In this document: positions 59,101 to 64,000 of the stretch, in pieces
Position numbering within the stretch: the stretch's first letter is position 1
How the letters are laid out: each line of letters starts with the position of its first letter
Origin: Macrostomum lignano
Taxonomy: Eukaryota
Reading direction: 5' to 3'
Assembly (NCBI GenBank): GCA_002269645.1
Contig: NIVC01001843.1
Location: 124,001 to 188,000, forward strand
DNA: 64,000 nucleotides
Notes under the pieces: model-generated
Told to the model about the DNA's origin: nothing
What the model saw: only the letters and a program-made list of their open reading frames with translations
Databases searched by the model: none
Position numbers and translations under genes: made by a program

Positions 59101-60952
59101 GTACCCCTGTCACACCTGTATCCCTGCCACACCTGTATCCCTACCACACCTGTATCCCTGCCGCTGCCACACATGAATCCCTGCCACACCTGTATCCCTG
59201 CCACATCTGTATCCCTGCCACATCTGTATCCCTGCCACACCTGTATCCCTGCCACACCTGCATCCCTGCCACATCTGTATCCCTGCCACATCTGTATCCC
59301 TGCCACACCTGTATCCCTGCCACACCTGCATCCCTGCCACACCTGTACCCCTGTCACACCTGTATCCCTGCCACACCTGTATCCCTGCCACACCTGTATC
59401 CCTGCCACATCTGTATCCCTGCCACACCTGTATCCCTGCCACACCTGTATCCCTGCCACACCTGTATCCCTGTCACACCTGTATCCCTGCCACACCTGTA
59501 TCCCTGCCACACCTGTATCCCTGCCGCTGCCACACATGAATCCCTGCCACACCTGTATCCCTGCCACACCTGTATCCCTGCCACACCTGTATCCCTGCCA
59601 CACCTGTATCCCTGCCACACCTGTATCCCTGCCACACCTGTATCCCTGCCACACCTGTATCCCTGCCACACCTGTATCCCTGCCACACCTGTATCCCTGC
59701 CACACCTGTATCCCTGCCACACCTGTATCCCTCCCACACCTGTATCCCTGCCACACCTGTATCCCTGCCACAACTGTATCCCTGCCACACCTGTATCCCT
59801 GCCACACCTGTATCCCTGCCACACCTGTATCCCTGCCACACCTGTATCCCTGCCACAACTGTATCCCTGCCACACCTGTATCCCTGCCACACCTGTATCC
59901 CTGCCACACCTGTATCCCTGCCACACCTGTATCCCTGCCACACCTGTATCCCTGCCGCTGCCACACATGAATCCCTGCCACACCTGCATCTCTGCACCGA
60001 CTTTACCCCATCCCCCCTCGCAACACAGAAAATACTAATCATAAATCTTTATAAGATCATTGATAGATAATTTATTTAGTCCTGAACCGTAAACCCTAAG
60101 CCCTGAGCCTTAAACCCTAACACCAAACCTTAGCCCTGATCGAAACTCGTCTCTCAGAGTCCCTCAGAATCCCTCAGAATCCCTCAGAATCTCTCAGAAT
60201 CCCTCAGAATCCCTTAGAATCCCTCAGAATCTCTCAGAATCCCTCAGAATCCCTCAGAATCCCTCAGAATCCCTCAGAATCCCTCAGAATCCCTCAGAAT
60301 CCCTCAGGGTCCCACAGAATCCCCCAGAATCCTTCAGAATCCCTCAGAATCCCTTAGAATCCCTCAGAATCTTTCAGAATCCCTCAAAATCCCTCAGAAT
60401 CCCTCAGAATCCCTCAAAATCCTTCAGAATCCCTCAGAATCCCTCAGAATTCCTCAGAATCCCTCAGAAGCCCTCAGAATCCTTTAGAATCCCTCAGAAT
60501 CCTCCAGAATCCCTCAGAATCCCTCAGAAGCCCTCAGAATCCTTTAGAATCCCTCAGAATTCCTCAGAAGCCCTCAGAATCCCTCAGAATCCCTCAAAAT
60601 CCTTCAGAATCCCTCAGAATCCCTCAGAATTCCTCAGAATCCCTCAGAAGCCCTCAGAATCCTTTAGAATCCCTCAGAATCCTCCAGAATCCCTCAGAAT
60701 CCCTCAGAAGCCCTCAGAATCTCTCAGAATCCCTCAGAATCCCTCAGAAGCCTCAGAATCCTTTAGAATTCATCAGAATCCTTCAGAATCCCTCAGAATT
60801 TAAAAACCAGCTAAACTGAATTCTCCACATTCCGTTTCAGACTGAGAAAGGTGAAATCCTCATCGCCCTGCACTACATGCCCACAGCGGAGCGCCTTATT
60901 GTAATGCTCCTAAAAGCAAACAATGTCCTAACACAAGAGCGAAGAATTCCAG
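56019..60952 (+). CDS. Synaptotagmin-family protein (N-terminal TM, C2A, start of C2B); 3' exons lie beyond the window
   Basis: Exons 56019-56163, 57900-58006, 58375-58842 and 60841-60952 splice in frame through GT-AG introns (phases 1,0,0, then 1). Features: TM segment plus Cys cluster (VCLLCPCCP), C2A motifs SPVFNETL and MDYDRFSRERVIGEVRVPL, and C2B start GEILIALHYMPTAERLIVMLLKANN. Confidence 0.92.
56284..57690. repeat. 32-bp minisatellite GTTTGGGTCGTTGGGTCCTCGAGTCATTTAGT; synaptotagmin intron
   Basis: About 40 copies with a homogeneous core and degenerate ends. Confidence 0.97.
57900..58006 (+). CDS. Synaptotagmin linker exon
   Basis: AACCAG acceptor, open in the required phase (RKGKETTNCLKDCC..YPYGGIQ), GTTAGT donor. 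Not in the ORF track. Confidence 0.75.
58375..58842 (+). CDS. Synaptotagmin C2A exon
   Basis: TCACAG acceptor, C2 motifs, GTGAGA donor at 58843. Confidence 0.93.
58850..59990. repeat. 17-bp minisatellite CCCTGCCACACCTGTAT; synaptotagmin intron after C2A
   Basis: About 65 copies starting within ~10 nt of the donor. Confidence 0.97.
60153..60800. repeat. 10-bp minisatellite CCCTCAGAAT; same intron, 3' end
   Basis: About 65 copies ending ~40 nt before the acceptor. Confidence 0.97.
60841..60952 (+). CDS. Synaptotagmin C2B first exon
   Basis: TTTCAG acceptor; TEKGEILIALHYMPTAERLIVMLLKANNVL; GTGAGC donor. Not in the ORF track. Confidence 0.92.
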
Positions 60953-61425
60953 GTGAGCGCTATAATCGCATACTAATTACTCAGCTCCTCTGAATAGAAA
61001 TCTTATTACTCATCAGTGAAGCTATATTCTGTACTGTTCTCTTCTCATTTGGTCTGCACAAAGTTTGCTCAAGATAATATTGTCCATCATAAAGAGAATA
61101 TCGAGAGCTCGTGTTTGCCTACTTTGGCATTATATACGAGTACATGTATATACGAGCAATATGCGATGTTGAAGTATGAGTCCAGCTTGATGACGCAGAG
61201 AGGTGGTAAACATTTGTCCCGCAGTTTAAACACATAGCCGTACTAAAGTCTTCACTCGGCTTTTGTTGCAATAATAAAAGAGGTTAATGTTCTTTATTTA
61301 AGCGACGCTACGAGTTTGTTACATTCTTCATTGAGCACTAATTGACCTTCGAATGAATCTTTGTTGAAAGTCTTCTCGAAGTGCTAAACACATGAAAACA
61401 CTGACGCCATCGAAACGAATCAGTG

Positions 61426-64000
61426 ATCTTGGTGGGTGGCCCCTGTGTCTTGATTTGGTGCCCCTGTGTCTTGGTTGGGTGCCTCTGTGTCTTGGCTGGT
61501 GCCCCTGTGTCTTGGTTGGGCGCCCCTGTGTCTTGGTTGGGTGCCTCTGTGTCTTGGTTGGGTGCCTCTGTGTCTTGGTTGGGCGCCCCTGTGTCTTGGT
61601 TGGGTGCCCCTGTGTCTTGGTTGGGCGCCCCTGTGTCTTGGCTGCATGGTGCCCCTGTGTCTTGGTTGGGTGCCCCTGTGTCTTGGTTGGTGCCTCTGTG
61701 TCTTGGTTGGGTGCCTCTGTGTCTTGGTTGGGTGCCTCTGTGTCTTGGTTGGGTGCCTCTGTGTCTTGGTTGGGCGCCCCTGTGTCTTGGTTGGGTGCCC
61801 CTGTGTCTTGGTTGGTGCCTCTGTGTCTTGGTTGGGTGCCTCTGTGTCTTGGTTGGGTGCCTCTGTGTCTTGATTTGGTGCCCCTGTGTCTTGGTTGGGC
61901 GCCCCTGTGTCTTGGTTGGGTGCCCCTGTGTCTTGGTTGGTGCCTCTGTGTCTTGGTTGGGTGCCTCTGTGTCTTGGTTGGGTGCCTCTGTGTCTTGGTT
62001 GGGTGCCTCTGTGTCTTGGTTGGGCGCCCCTGTGTCTTGGTTGGGTGCCCCTGTGTCTTGGTTGGTGCCTCTGTGTCTTGGTTGGGTGCCTCTGTGTCTT
62101 GGTTGGGTGCCTCTGTGTCTTGATTTGGTGCCCCTGTGTCTTGGTTGGGTGCCCCTATGTCTTGGTTGGGTGCCTCTGTGTCTTGGCTGGTGCCTCTGTG
62201 TCTTGGTTGGGTGCCCCTGTGTCTTGGTTGCATGGTGCCTCTGTGTCTTGGTTGGGTGCCTCTGTGTCTTGGTTGGGTGCCCCTGTGTCTTGGTTGCATG
62301 GAGCCTCTGTGTCTTGGTTGGGTGCCTCTGTGTCTTGGTTGGGTGCCTCTGTGTCTTGGTTGCATGGTGCCTCTGTGTCTTGGTTGGGTGCCCCTGTGTC
62401 TTGGCTGGGCGCCCCTGTGTCTTGGTTGGGTGCCCCTGTGTCTTGGCTGGGTGCCCCTGTGTCTTGGTTGGGTGCCCCTGTGTCTTGGCTGGGTGCCCCT
62501 GTGTCTTGGTTGGGTGCCCCTGTGTCTTGGTTGGGTGCCTCTGTGTCTTGGTTGGGTGCCTCTGTGTCTTGGTTGGGCGCTCCTGTGTCTTGGTTGGGTG
62601 CCTCTGTGTCTTGGTTGGGTGCCTCTGTGTCTTGGTTGGGCGCCCCTGTGTCTTGGTTGGGTGCCTCTGTGTCTTGGCTGGGTGCCTCTGTGTCTTGGCT
62701 GGGTGCCTCTGTGTCTTGGTTGGGTGCCTCTGTGTCTTGGCTGGGTGCCTCTGTGTCTTGGTTGGGTGCCTCTGTGTCTTGGTTGGGCGCCCCTGTGTCT
62801 TGGTTGGGTGCCTCTGTGTCTTGGCTGGGTGCCTCTGTGTCTTGGTTGGGTGCCTCTGTGTCTTGGTTGGTGCCTCTGTGTCTTGGCTGGTGCCCCTGTG
62901 TCTTGGTTGGGTGCCTCTGTGTCTTGGTTGGGCGCCCCTGTGTCTTGGTTGGTGCCCCTGTGTCTTGGCTGGTGCCCCTGTGTCTTGGTTGGGCGCCCCT
63001 GTGTCTTGGTTGGGTGCCTCTGTGTCTTGGTTGGTGCCTCTGTGTCTTGGTTGGGTGCCTCTGTGTCTTGGTTGGGTGCCTGTGTCTTGGTTGGGCGCCC
63101 CTGTGTCTTGGTTGCATGGTGCCTCTGTGTCTTGGCTGCATGGTGCCTCTGTGTCTTGGTTGGGCGCCCCTGTGTCTTGGTTGGGTGCCCCTGTGTCTTG
63201 GTTGGGTGCCCCTGTGTCTTGGTTGGGTGCCCCTGTGTCTTGGTTGGGTGCCCCTGTGTCTTGGTTGGGTGCCTCTGTGTCTTGGCTGCATGGTGCCTCT
63301 GTGTCTTGGTTGGGCGCCTCTGTGTCTTGGTTGCATGGTGCCTCTGTGTCTTGGCTGCATGGTGCCCTGTGTCTTGGTTGGGCGCCCCTGTGTCTTGGTT
63401 GGGTGCCCCTGTGTCTTGGTTGGGTGCCTCTGTGTCTTGGTTGGGTGCCCCTGTGTCTTGGTTGCATGGTGCCTCTGTCTTGGTTGGGCGCCCCTGTGTC
63501 TTGGCTGCATGGTGCCTCTGTGTCTTGGTTGGGCGCCCCTGTGTCTTGGTTGGGCGCCCCTGTGTCTTGGTTGGGCGTCCCTGTGTCTTGGTTGGGTGCC
63601 CCTGTGTCTTGGTTGCATGGTGCCTCTGTGTCTTGGTTGGGTGCCCCTGTGTCTTGGTTTCATAATGCCTCTGTGTCTTGGTTGGGTGCCTCTGTGTCTT
63701 GGTTGGGCGCCCCTGTGTCTTGGTTGGGTGCCCCTGTGTCTTGGTTGCATGGTGCCTCTGTGTCTTGGTTGGGCGCCCCTGTGTCTTGGCTGCATGGTGC
63801 CTCTGTGTCTTGGTTGGGCGCCCCTGTGTCTTGGTTGGGCGCCCCTGTGTCTTGGTTGGGCGTCCCTGTGTCTTGGTTGGGTGCCCCTGTGTCTTGGTTG
63901 GGTGCCCCTGTGTCTTGGTTGGGTGCCCCTGTGTCTTGGTTGCATGGTGCCTCTGTGTCTTGGTTGGGTGCCCCTGTGTCTTGGTTTCATAATGCCTCTG
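61426..64000. repeat. 21-bp minisatellite CTGTGTCTTGGTTGGGTGCC(T/C); synaptotagmin intron, runs off the window
   Basis: More than 120 copies with 20-bp and 24-bp (GCATGG) variants; explains the QPRHRGT and VPLCLGW ORFs. Confidence 0.97.

Noticed and set aside
60091-60140. AAACCCTAA motifs as a telomere seed
   Set aside because: Only two or three degenerate copies; too short to support a call.
58213-61045. Similar MKLYS starts of ORFs 58102-58356 and 61016-61237
   Set aside because: The similarity is a few codons in AT-rich intron sequence and does not extend.
61328-63992. 500-700 aa ORFs (QPRHRGT, VPLCLGW)
   Set aside because: Translations of the 21-bp intronic minisatellite, overlapping in several frames on both strands.

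Overview
This is animal genomic DNA: spliceosomal GT-AG introns, GC-rich exons and AT-rich spacers. The minisatellite-saturated style resembles the flatworm Macrostomum, but that is an inference I did not check. By my rough estimate about two thirds of the window is tandem repeat. Left to right: (1) a decayed ZNF862-like hAT transposon (1 to about 4.96 kb) with a probably spliced N-terminal extension carrying a PIP-box, two 1-nt frameshifts, a catalytic E->K change and a 21-bp subterminal-like array; (2) a 489-bp MITE with perfect 8-bp target-site duplications (TSDs) and a second inverted-repeat element; (3) a single-exon orphan gene for a secreted, probably GPI-anchored protein (10314-11132, -); (4) two diverged copies of a ~190-bp module, each followed by a related telomere-like TTTACCCTA(TA)G array; (5) a complete 6-exon animal alpha-amylase (16273-22835, -, 534 aa) with a different tandem or simple repeat in every intron; (6) a ~29.5-kb satellite of 27/28-bp units with an internal dyad, starting ~380 bp upstream of the amylase ATG; (7) GTCT- and GATA-type microsatellite blocks; (8) the 5' four coding exons of a probably Ca2+-independent synaptotagmin (56019 onward, +), again with private minisatellites in three of four introns. 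Almost all long ORFs in the track between 14.5 and 64 kb are repeat artefacts. No rRNA, tRNA or CRISPR array is supported.
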